DNA of 38,287 nucleotides from Anaerolineae bacterium. Its GTDB lineage: Bacteria; Chloroflexota; Anaerolineae; Epilineales; Epilineaceae. Of this stretch, positions 1-9,600 are shown piece after piece (the stretch's first letter is position 1; the number at the start of each line of letters is the position of its first letter). Below the pieces are notes generated by a model that was not told the DNA's origin, did no database searches, and was given only the letters and a program-made list of their open reading frames with translations. The position numbers and the translations under genes are program-made. The stretch is taken from the NCBI GenBank assembly GCA_029262755.1, contig JAJCYU010000209.1, forward strand, positions 1 through 38,287, written 5' to 3'.

Positions 1-1695
1 CGCGTTGTCGATCAGGTTGGACAGCGCGAGCAGGATGCGGCCACGATCGATGCGCACTTCTTGGACGACGGATTCGGCGCTGCGGGCCACGTCGACGGAA
101 GATCCCGACCCCACGATAACGAGATCCACGCCGCGCTCGTCCGCTTCGGGGCGGAACGGCGCGATCGCGGAGGCGAGCACGTCATCCAGATCGACCGGCT
201 CGCGGTCGAGCGATACGAGGCCGGCCTCGAGCCGCGAGAGATCGAGCAAGTGGGTCGTGATCCACTCCAGCCGCTCGAGCTGCGCGGCGCTTTCGACCAA
301 GAACTCCGCGCGCGCGGTCGGATCGTGCTCGGCGGGGCCCTGCAACAGCTCGTTGAAGTTGCGTAGCGCCGTGATCGGCGTACGCAGCTCGTGCGAGGCG
401 TCGGCGATAAACCGGCGGAGCGCGTCGCGTTCGTCCGCCAAGGTAGCGAAGCTCTCCTCCAGCGCGTCGGCCATCCGGTTGAACTGCCGCGAGAGACGTC
501 CGATCTCATCGGTGCCGCCGTCGGCCGCCCGTGCAGCGAGGTCGCCGTCCTCCATGCGTGCCGCGGTCTCGGCGAGCGCGCCGAGCGGCGCGCTCATGCC
601 GCGCGCCACGACGAAGCCGACGCCGGCCGCGAGCAGGGCCGCCACGACGGCCGCCATCGAGAACGCGTGCCGCGTGGCGGCGAGGGCCGCGGGGCGCAGG
701 TCCGGACCGTCGCTGATGCGCACCCGTCCGATCGGCGCCATGGGATCTCCGATGGGCGCTTCGACACGAGCCGTGGAGCGCTGCGCGAAGGTCCAGGCAC
801 CTCCGTCCGAGGCACCGACATGTAGGGCAATTCGTCCGGTTTGTGCCCCGTCGCTCGCGAGCGGCGCGGCGACCAGCGGGCCATCGGGAGCCGTTGCACC
901 ATGCAGGCCCGGTGCACCGTCGGGCAACGGTTGGGACTCCTCGTTCACGATGCGGCGCTGGAAGACCATGCGCGCGGTAGACGGAGCCTCGTCGTCGCCC
1001 TGACGCACCTCTTCCTGCACGAGGTCGATCGTCACCGCACCCGATGCAAGACCTTCATCGAAAATGGAAGACGAGGCCACCGCCCCCGCCGGCACCGCCG
1101 GCACGGACTCCTCGACACCACGACGATCGAAGTCCAGCCGCCCTCCCCAGGGTCCGGCCTCGCGCCGCATGAAGATCGTGAACGACTCGACCTGACTGCC
1201 ATCCGGTGCCGTGACATCGGGTATCTGCTCCGCGCTCCACAGCGCATCGAGCCGTGGATCGATACCCATCGCGCGGTGATGACCGTCCACGATCATCATG
1301 CGCATCATGCTGCTATCCGAGACATCGGCCTCGGTGGGAGCGCCGTGCAGGAACCGGTTCGTGGCACCGTCGAACACCATGACCGCCTGACCGCCCTGGC
1401 TCGAGCCGGAGTCACCGAGGGCCACGCCCTCCTCCGTCTCGATCACCACGCGCGCGTCCAGCAAGAAGGCGGCGCTGCGGCTGAGTTCCGCAAGCGCGTC
1501 CGCACGCGCACCGGAGGCCAACATGGGCATCGCCTGCATGGCGATCGCGTCCGCGTTGGCCTGCAACGTCGCGGCCTGGCGGCGCACAACCTCGTGCGCC
1601 ACCAGGACTTGTGCGACCAACCCCGCGGCAACGACACTCAGCAGCGCGAGCAACACGTAGCTGGTGACCAGCCGCACCCGGATCGACGTACGCAC
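1..1695 (-). CDS. Membrane sensor histidine kinase (TM - ~310-aa extracytoplasmic domain - TM - HAMP - HisKA - start of HATPase_c); 3' end outside window
   Basis: Manual translation from GTG at 1695 is open to position 1. It gives MRTSIRVRLVTSYVLLALLSVVAAGLVAQVLVA (TM1), FSMAAVVAALLAAGVGFVVARGMSAPLGALAETAARMEDGDL...DEIGRLSRQFNRMADAL (TM2 + HAMP), RRFIADASHELRTPIT (H-box, His codon 391-393), LLDLSRLEAG, and LALSNLIDNA (N-box at the window edge). It is missing from the ORF track, presumably because no stop codon falls in the window. The exact start codon is less certain. Confidence 0.95.
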   Translation of the reverse strand, partial: MRTSIRVRLVTSYVLLALLSVVAAGLVAQVLVAHEVVRRQAATLQANADAIAMQAMPMLASGARADALAELSRSAAFLLDARVVIETEEGVALGDSGSSQGGQAVMVFDGATNRFLHGAPTEADVSDSSMMRMMIVDGHHRAMGIDPRLDALWSAEQIPDVTAPDGSQVESFTIFMRREAGPWGGRLDFDRRGVEESVPAVPAGAVASSSIFDEGLASGAVTIDLVQEEVRQGDDEAPSTARMVFQRRIVNEESQPLPDGAPGLHGATAPDGPLVAAPLASDGAQTGRIALHVGASDGGAWTFAQRSTARVEAPIGDPMAPIGRVRISDGPDLRPAALAATRHAFSMAAVVAALLAAGVGFVVARGMSAPLGALAETAARMEDGDLAARAADGGTDEIGRLSRQFNRMADALEESFATLADERDALRRFIADASHELRTPITALRNFNELLQGPAEHDPTARAEFLVESAAQLERLEWITTHLLDLSRLEAGLVSLDREPVDLDDVLASAIAPFRPEADERGVDLVIVGSGSSVDVARSAESVVQEVRIDRGRILLALSNLIDNA

Positions 1696-1739
1696 GGCTC
1701 AGGCCCGCGCGCCGTCGAACACAAGGGAAATGAGGATGC

Positions 1740-3341
1740 TCAGAGCGAGCCTCCGCCGTCGATGCGGACGCCGTTGCTCGGCTGCGTTTCGCCCGAGCCC
1801 GTGTTGGGCCCCATACGGAACTTGAAGATCCGACCCTGCCCGTCGTCGCCGGGCGTAATCTCGATCTTGTGGGCGCCGCCGATTCCGGGTTGCCCATCGA
1901 TCTCGGAAGGATCCGAACCGAAGAACCCGCGCAGATGGTTGCCCAGGCCGCGCATATGCGCACCTGCGCCCGAACCATCCTCGTCGAAGCGCAACTCCAA
2001 GGTCCCGACCTCGACGCCCAACCATCCCGCGTCGCCGCCGTCCGGTCGCTCGCCGAGCGTGATGGAGATCGTGCGCGGCTCTTCGTCGCCGCTGCGCGCA
2101 ACCGTCAGGCTGACCGTCGCGCCCGGACCCACACCTTCCAGCAGCGCAATGAGCTCGTCCGCGCCCGCCACCACTTGGCCGTCGACGGAAAGGATGACGT
2201 CGTGGGCGTTCAGACCCGCCGCGTGCGCCGGTCCTTCCTCGTTGAGGCCATGGACGACCGCGCCCTGGAGCACACCATCCGTCGCAAATGCATCCAACCC
2301 GTCTAGGTCGTGCATCTCAAACATGGAGCCGCCGAAGGGCATACCCTCCGGGCCGCCAAGCGACTCGATCGAGATGGTTGCGCCCAGCTGCACGCCGAGG
2401 AATGCCTTAGCGTCGTCGTCCGGATGGCTTCCAAGCACCGCGCTTATAGTGCGGCTCTCGCCTTCGTTCTCGCCTGCAACGGTAAGCGTGACGGTCTCGC
2501 CCGGCGTGTGGGCGGCGATCGCGGCAGCGAGCTCGTCGGAGGATGCGACCTCCGCGCCGTCGATGGCGGTGATCACGTCACCCTCGGCTAAGCCGGCGGC
2601 CTCCGCCGCGCTGCCCTCGACGACGCCCGCAACGAACGCCGTCTCTTGGTGCATCATGCTCTCCACATCGAGCATGTGGGGCATGGTCATGCCCATACCC
2701 ATGCCAAAGCCGCCGCACGGCGCGAAGCTCAGCAAGCCGGCGGAGCCCTCTTCATCCAACGTGAACGTCAGATCGCGCGCCTCGTCACCATGGGTCACAC
2801 TGAGCGTGATCTCGGCGCCGTCGCCTGCTTCGGCGAGCCGCTCGTGCAGCTGCGCCATGTCCTCGATCGCCTCGCCGTCGATCGCGGTGATCACGTCACC
2901 GCGCGCGAGCCCGGCCTCGGCGGCCGGCCCCTCCGGATCGACACCCGCGACGAGCACGCCCGGTTCGTTGTCGAAGGCGTGCGTGAAGCTGAGCATGGAG
3001 GCGGATGGCATGGCCATCAGCGAGCCGCCACCGGGCCCCGTGTGCATGCGCATGGTCCGCTTGTGCATCGTGCCGTCGCCGTGCGATTCGACCCACACGT
3101 CTTCTGCGTCACCGTCGGTATCGGCCTCGTCACCGTTGTCTGTCTGTTGTTGGGCCGCCGCGCCCGTCGCCGGTGATGCGGCGTCCTGACGGGCCAGCGC
3201 GCCGGAGATCGCGTCTCCGAAGCGCAGCGCAAAGCCGTCGTTCGCGCTGGCGCCGCGGCTGAGCATCAGCACACCGGCGCCGAGGGCCAGTGTAGACACA
3301 AGGCCCGTGAGGGCTCCGAAGAAAAAAGTCTTGGTTCGCAT
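1740..3341 (-). CDS. Exported or membrane-tethered protein with three HtrA/DegP-type PDZ domains and no protease domain (533 aa)
   Basis: N-terminus is basic then hydrophobic (MRTKTFFFGALTGLVSTLALGAGVLMLSRGASA; ASA is a possible signal peptidase site). Three PDZ signatures: GVLVAGVDPEGPAAEAGLARGDVITAIDG, AFVAGVVEGSAAEAAGLAEGDVITAIDG, GAVVHGLNEEGPAHAAGLNAHDVILSVDG. Carboxylate-loop-like AFLGV and GWLGV are present. There is an AAGGAG RBS upstream. Confidence 0.92.
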   Translation of the reverse strand: MRTKTFFFGALTGLVSTLALGAGVLMLSRGASANDGFALRFGDAISGALARQDAASPATGAAAQQQTDNGDEADTDGDAEDVWVESHGDGTMHKRTMRMHTGPGGGSLMAMPSASMLSFTHAFDNEPGVLVAGVDPEGPAAEAGLARGDVITAIDGEAIEDMAQLHERLAEAGDGAEITLSVTHGDEARDLTFTLDEEGSAGLLSFAPCGGFGMGMGMTMPHMLDVESMMHQETAFVAGVVEGSAAEAAGLAEGDVITAIDGAEVASSDELAAAIAAHTPGETVTLTVAGENEGESRTISAVLGSHPDDDAKAFLGVQLGATISIESLGGPEGMPFGGSMFEMHDLDGLDAFATDGVLQGAVVHGLNEEGPAHAAGLNAHDVILSVDGQVVAGADELIALLEGVGPGATVSLTVARSGDEEPRTISITLGERPDGGDAGWLGVEVGTLELRFDEDGSGAGAHMRGLGNHLRGFFGSDPSEIDGQPGIGGAHKIEITPGDDGQGRIFKFRMGPNTGSGETQPSNGVRIDGGGSL

Positions 3342-3350
3342 CGATCTTCG

Positions 3351-3356
3351 CTCCTT
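3351..3356 (-). promoter_or_regulatory. Shine-Dalgarno site (AAGGAG) of the PDZ gene
   Basis: Minus strand reads cctcAAGGAGcgaagatcgATG, a 9-nt spacer to the ATG at 3341. Confidence 0.8.
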
Positions 3357-3440
3357 GAGGATTGAGCGGGGCAGTTCGTCGCTCGGGATGCCACGTTCTC
3401 ATGTCGCGAGGACGGTTCGCGATCCGTCGACGCAAGCAGG

Positions 3441-3449
3441 ACTCTATCA
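3441..3449 (-). promoter_or_regulatory. Candidate extended -10 promoter element (TG-A-TAGAGT) for the PDZ/kinase genes
   Basis: Minus strand TGATAGAGT matches TGnTAnnnT about 100 nt upstream of the PDZ start, downstream of the hairpin. No consensus -35 element. Motif match only. Confidence 0.35.
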
Positions 3450-3523
3450 GCGGCCGGTTGCTCGCCGGTGGAGAGAATGTTAGGGGGTCGCAACACGGCG
3501 CGCGATGTGGGGGGTGGAGAACG

Positions 3524-3567
3524 CCAGTACTCGGCCGCATTGAAGACTCAATGCGGCCGAGTACCGG
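3524..3567 (-). terminator. Long hairpin downstream of the giant gene; probable terminator or mRNA 3' stabiliser
   Basis: Perfect 17-bp inverted repeat GTACTCGGCCGCATTGA (3527-3543) / TCAATGCGGCCGAGTAC (3548-3564) with a 4-nt loop. It extends to 20 bp with a G-U pair on the minus-strand RNA and starts about 55 nt after the TAG at 3619-3621. No U-tract follows. Confidence 0.7.
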
Positions 3568-3618
3568 TACTTCGTCAAGCTTGCCCAGCTACCGCTGCGA
3601 AGCGCACAGCGGTTGGGA

Positions 3619-6600
3619 CTAGCGGCGCGGCCCCGGAGGCGGTGCGCCGCCCTGCCCGGGGCAGAGCGGGACACGCTGCGGAATGTACGGCGTGAAGATC
3701 GGCACACCTTCGAAGGCCTTGGACTCGTCGCCGGGCACGTCGGGCTCGCCGAGCGTGCCGCCGATGCGTTCCACGGCCACGGCGCCCAGGCCCACCAGGT
3801 TCCGCTGGAAGCGGCCCTGGTCGTCGAAGACGTCGTGTTCCCAGAAGGTTGCGCTGATGACCGCGCTGCCGAGGAAGCCCTGGCGGATAGCGCCCTGCGC
3901 GTTCAGGTCGATGTACTCGACCTGCTTCTCGTTGAGCTTCTGGCAGTAGTAATCCACAAGTCCGTTCTGGTCGTAGATATAGATCGCGTAGTCGGTGAAG
4001 CCCGGCTTCGGCACCAGGTTGGTGATCGCGAGCTCGCTGGTGATGCCGCGGTTGCCCTTGGCCAAGAGCGGGATGGCGATGACGGCCGAGCCGTCGGACA
4101 GACCACCCTTGCGCGAACCAATCTGCCAGTCGTAGGCCAGCTGCTCGGTCAACATGTTGTAGGCCACGGCTTCGCGGCGTTCTGTGCGAGCCGGGTCGCT
4201 CCACTTCTCGAGTATGACGATCGACTGAATGCGCGGTGGATCGACCAGCGGCGTACCACCGACCGTCCACTCCTGACTCTCGACGCGCGCACTGCCCACC
4301 CAGTTGCCCGGAATGCCCTCGATGACCGGCAGGAAGAAGACCTGCGTGCCGTGCGGACAGATCCAGTCGACCAGGGTGGTGATGATGTCGCCGGAGCGAT
4401 CCAGGAAGTAGACCTTTACCTTGGCGGCGTAGGTGCCGCTCAGGTTCTGGACCGCGATCGCGGTGTCCCAACCCTGGTACTCGGAGTAGGTCAGGGGCGC
4501 GTAGTTGATCTGCGAGCCGAGCGTGAAGAACTCATCCGCCGCCGGGATGTTCAACTCACCCGGGACGCCTCGGTAGCTGCTGAAGTGATTCGGGCCGAGT
4601 GTGTCGACCACCATCCCCAGCGGTTGGCTGCTGCGGATCCAGGCGCCACCGAGCCAGCCGGGGCCGATCACCGTGTTCGGGTCGAAGGAGACCGTCTCGC
4701 CCGGCGCCAAGCTGAGCACGTCGCCCAGGATCGGGCGCAAACAGTTGTCGATGCTGGTGAACCACAACTCCAACGAGGTGCAGCGGATGCCGGAATTGTG
4801 GATGTAGAGCGTGCTGTTGAGTTGCGCGACATCGGCGTAGACCAACGGCGCGTGATAGGTGTAGCCGCCGTCGACCGGGTTCTCGACCCCATGGGCGTCT
4901 GTCCCGATGCCGGTGTAGGCCGCGCTGACCGGCCGGTTCGGGTCCGTCGGATCGCCGCAGGTGCGGTTGACGCTCACGGCCAACGGCTGGCCGACGTGCT
5001 CACCGAAGTCGAGCTCGACCTGCTGCCCGACGCCGCCGAGCGGCCCGCGGAAGGTGCCGCCGTTGCTGTACGCCCGATCGAAGTCGAACCACCGTGCGTG
5101 ATTGCCCACGATCAGGTTGAAGAGCGACTCGCAGGCCAGCTGGTCGAAGGGCTTCTCGTTGCCATCCGGACCGGTCACAAGGTCCTGTGCGTTCATCGTG
5201 TAGACGATCGCGGATTGGCCACCCGGCGGCAACAGGTCGCTGGTGTAGGTCCAAGCGCTGCCCGGGCGCAATAGGCCCGTGCACTCGACCTTCAGCGGTC
5301 CCGCAGCCTGCGGCGGGCAAGCACCCGGCTCGCCCCAGATGACTAGGAATCCGGTGGTCGGCTCGGTGCCGACGTTCTGAATCTGGATCCAGGTCTCACA
5401 GTCGCCCGTTCCGAGCACCGGCAGCTGGAGGCGTGTGTCCGCCCCGCCGCAAGGCACGAAGAGGGTAACCGATGTCTCGGGCGCCGGCTCCACCGGCACA
5501 CAGGGCAGCGGTGTGAAGCCGGAGTTGACGGCTTCGGCCGTGGCCGTGGCGCCGTTCATCACCAGACCGCATTCGATCAGGTCTCCGTCGACCGTGTAGC
5601 TGAGGTTGACCGTCTCGCCCGGGCGCAGCGGCAGCTTCCCATCCGCGCCGCCTCGCAACGTGTCCGTGAAGACCACCATCGGCCACGGCTCGCGCGAGGT
5701 CTTGAGGGTGTCGGTGATGCGAATGCCTGTTAGGAAGGTGCTGCCGACATTGCTGACCTCGAGACAGAAGGTTACGTCGCGTCCGACCGGCACCTGCACC
5801 TGGCCGCCTCGGCCCGGGCACTCGCCGTTGACCGCAACCGTCTTCCGAATCTCCAGCCCGGCGCACTCGACTTGCGTGCTCTCGACCGTCTCGTTGTTGG
5901 AGAGGTCGGGGTCGAAGGTCGGTGTGCTCAAAGCCGGGAATTCGATGTTGTTCTCGCGCGTCTCGACGATCGCCCGGTTGTTGAGGACGCTTCCGCACTC
6001 GGCCGACTCGAGGACCATGACGCCGATCGTGACCGTGACGGCGTTGCCCGCATTCAGGCGGCCGCGCATCGTCGGGCCCATGCGCATCAGGCTCGGGTCG
6101 TTTCCGATCTGGACGGTGATCCGTCCGTCGTCGCGTACATCAACGAAGGCGTCCGGGTCACCCTGGACCTCGACCATGACCTGGGCTGGGTCGAGCGCAA
6201 CGCCCTCGTCGGGTAGCCAATCGACCAGGTAGACATCGGCCGCGTCCGCCATGCCGTCGTTGGTGACGACGACCTGGTAGGTGACCATGCCGCCCGGGCC
6301 GACCGGGTCGCATTCGAGGAAGCCGTCGCCGTCGTCCAGCACGTCGGTCTTGGTGACGCGCAGGTCGGCCTTGGCCTCGACGCGCGTGCACTCGGTGTCG
6401 AAGTTGTCCTTCACGCGGCCGTTGTCCGTGCGGCTGCCGATCTGAATGTCGTTGGCCGCCCAGAAGGGCCAGCCCGTCGCAATCGCGAAGGCCTGACAGG
6501 CGCTGCCCGCGCCGACGTCGCCGCGACCGTCCAGCAGGTAGCCTGGGTCGACATCGGCCACGAGGTAGAACTCGAAGACGTCGCCGGCCGCCAGCACACC

Positions 6601-9600
6601 CAGGTCCTCGAACATCACCATGTTGGTCATCGTGATTGCGTCGAGGCGGACGATCTGCGGCGTGTTTACGCCGTCGCCGGCCACCACGCTGCAACCGACC
6701 CTGTCATTCGGGTCCAGCGGCGCGCAATGGCTGAACTTGAAGCCGATGGGCAGTGTGTCCGTGATACGGACCTGGTCGGCGTCGGATGGCCCATTGGAGC
6801 CGAAGCGGACGCGATAGCGCTCGCGATCGCCGGCCATCACCGGGTCCGTCGTGTCCGTCTTGCTGATGAATACGCTGCTGCGGCGCACGATGGGGGTTGT
6901 CTCGAACTGCAGGTCATTTTCGGGACAGGGATCCTCGGTGCGGCTGGATACCTGCACGAAGAGCTCAAGGCTGATCATGGTGTCCGGCGGCGGCACGACA
7001 TCCGAGTCGATCTGCGCGACCAACAGGAAGCGCCACACATCCATGGCCGGCAACAACCCGGCCGGGTTGTCGGGCATCGTGCAGGTGAGCAGCTCCGGCG
7101 ACACCGGGTTCTCGACGCATACCGCGCCGATGGCGCCTGGCGCCTGACGGGTTTCGTAGCCCTCCGCGTCCACCGCGGCCAGACCGGCCGCTGCGGCGTT
7201 CGTCGTGGCGCCGCCCGCGCCGTCCAGCAGCACGGTCGTTACCGCGCCCGGCTCGATCCCGCCGCGCAGGCGCATACCCTCGGGCAGCTTCACCGTGACG
7301 CTCACACCGCGGGCGTCCGACTTGCCCGTGTTCGTGACCACGATGCCGTAGGTGACGATATCGCCCGCGATGGCCGGGTTCGGGCCGAGTGTGGCCATGC
7401 CCATGAACTCGCCCTCGGAGAGGACATCGAGCACCAGGTCGGCGCGGGTGTTGACGGTCGTCAGGTTGCTGACGTAGTTGTCGCCGTTGTCCAGGTCGAT
7501 GTGATCGCTGATGGCGTAGGCGTCGTTCTCGAGGATCGTGCCGTCACCCACGTCGGTGTTGATCGTCGACGTGATAGTCAGCGTTGCAACCTCGCCCGGC
7601 TGGCCGTCGCGCGGACTGCGCAGCAGGCCGATGCCGCAGGTGAGCTTGTCGATCGCGCTGCCGGACGTGCCGGTGTTGCAGCTGGTCGTCTCGGCACGCG
7701 GCGCGTCGAGGTGGTAGTCGGTGACCACGATGCCCGGGGGCAGGCGGTCGGTGAGCACCACGTTCTCCGCGTCGCTGGGGCCTTGGTTCACGACCACGAC
7801 CGTGTAGACCAACTCACCACCAGCCGTCACCTCGTCGATGATCGCGGTCATGCCGTTCGAGCAGCCGGTGTGGTTCTGACCCATAGCCGTCTTTGTGACC
7901 GCCAGGTCGGCGGCGTCGATGATCTGGTGCTCCACGTAAGCCTCGTTGTTCGACTGATCCGGATCTACGTCCAGGCTGGACACCGAGGCTACGTCGTTGA
8001 TGCTGGATGTCTGCTTGGCTGTCACGGCCAACTCGATCACCCAGCGCCCTGCGCTTGGGCCGAAGGGGCCGCCGAAGGTCTCGAGGTCGTCGTCCGAGAA
8101 CGGCGGCGAGCCGTCCGGCGTGTCCGGCAGCTCGCACGTTAGGGTCGCGCGCTCGACGATGTCCTCGATCAACGCGGCGCCCGGCGCACCGGCGCCGGCG
8201 TTCGGCACGGCCACGTCCAGCGCGCCGTCGTTCGGTGAGGTCACGCGGCAGACGGCCGTCGGGCGGTTGCCGTTGACGTCCGGATCGACCGCAACGATGT
8301 CGAAGAGCTCGCTGCTGACGATCTCGTCGGTCACCACCGTCCCGTGCGCGAAGCTCGGGCCGAGGTTGTCCACGATGATCGTGTAGGTGAGGATCTCGCC
8401 GGCGCGGACCCTGGCGTCCGGCTTGCCGAACTTGCGCACGCGCAGGTCGGCGACGGTGCGAATGTAGAGGTCCGCCGGGTCGCTGTTGTTGGCCAGGAAG
8501 CCGTCCGGCGTGTCGCTTGAGACGTGCGCGACGTTCGTGATGAGCGCGCCCGGCGCCACGTCCGGCGTTACGTCGAAGACCAGATCGAAGGTGTAGCGCT
8601 CGCCGTTGGCGAGTCGATTGTCCGGGGCCGGCAGCGGAACCTCACAGGTGATCAGGCTGCCCGCCTGGCTGCAGAAGTCATTCTGGTTGCGGAAGGCCAG
8701 GCCGGCCGGCACGGTGTCCGTGACAACCACGTTCAGCGCGTCGGAGGGACCATTGTTGAGCACGTCGATGCGGAAGCTGACTTCCTCGCCTGCCACCGGC
8801 GTCAGGTCGCTTGCGGTCTTCAGGATCGCCAGGTCGGCGTTCTGACCCACCCCGACGCTGGCATCCGCCGTGTTGTTGTCCGGACACGGATCCGCAGTAT
8901 CGCTGGACACCACGGCCGTGTTGTCGATCTGCGTCGTCGTCGCGTCCTCGTTGACCAGGGTGCGGATCAGGACCGTCACCGTCTGGCCGACGTCGACGGC
9001 GCCGAGCTCGCAGGTAACGAGGTTCGCGATGTCGACGCTGCAGCTGCCGACGCCGCCCACCACCTGGAAGCCAAGGTACGTCAGATCGGCGTCCAGCGTG
9101 TCGGAGATGACCACCGCCTGGGCGGTGCTCGGGCCGAGGTTGGTCACGCGTAGGGCGTACTCAAGCTGTTCGCCGGCCGTCACGGCGGTCGGCGTCGCGG
9201 TCTTGCTCAGCGCGAGATCCGCGGACGCGTCCACCAGGGTGATCGTGCTGGCGTAGTTCGCCGTGTTGTCGTCATCGAAGAGGTCGCTGGTGACGAAGAC
9301 GTCGTTCTCGAGCCGCGCGCCGTCCGGCACGCCCTCGGCAACCGACGCGGTCACGGTGAGGATGCGCTCGTCACCGACGGCCAACGTACCAAGGCCGCAC
9401 GTCAGCTTGTCGAGCGGGTTGCCCGGCGTGCCGGTGTCGCAGTCGCCGGCCGCCAGGCCGTCTCCGTCCACCACCGCGTAGTCTGTGACGACCACGCCCG
9501 GCGGCAGACGATCGACCAGCAGCACGTTCTCCGCCGTCGACGGGCCGCCGTTGACGACCGTCACAGTATAGAGCAGCGTCCTACCCGCGCTCACGCGGTC

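Noticed and set aside
5..3189. Plus-strand ORFs 5-1003 and 841-3189 and small overlapping ORFs
   Set aside because: Antisense or alternate-frame shadows of the kinase and PDZ genes, which carry clear family motifs.
1740..3341. Annotation as HtrA/DegP or RseP protease
   Set aside because: No trypsin catalytic motif (GNSGG), no HExxH and no multi-TM region; only PDZ domains and linkers.
3342..3618. Small ORFs or a structured ncRNA in the intergenic region
   Set aside because: The ORFs overlap neighbouring genes or cross the hairpin and have no recognisable product. No tRNA or riboswitch features seen beyond the single hairpin.
3622..3700. C-terminal PYIPQR as a sortase LPxTG or Chloroflexota-style YLPxxxR sorting motif
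   Set aside because: Poor match. No hydrophobic segment follows, and the motif is not at the extreme C-terminus.
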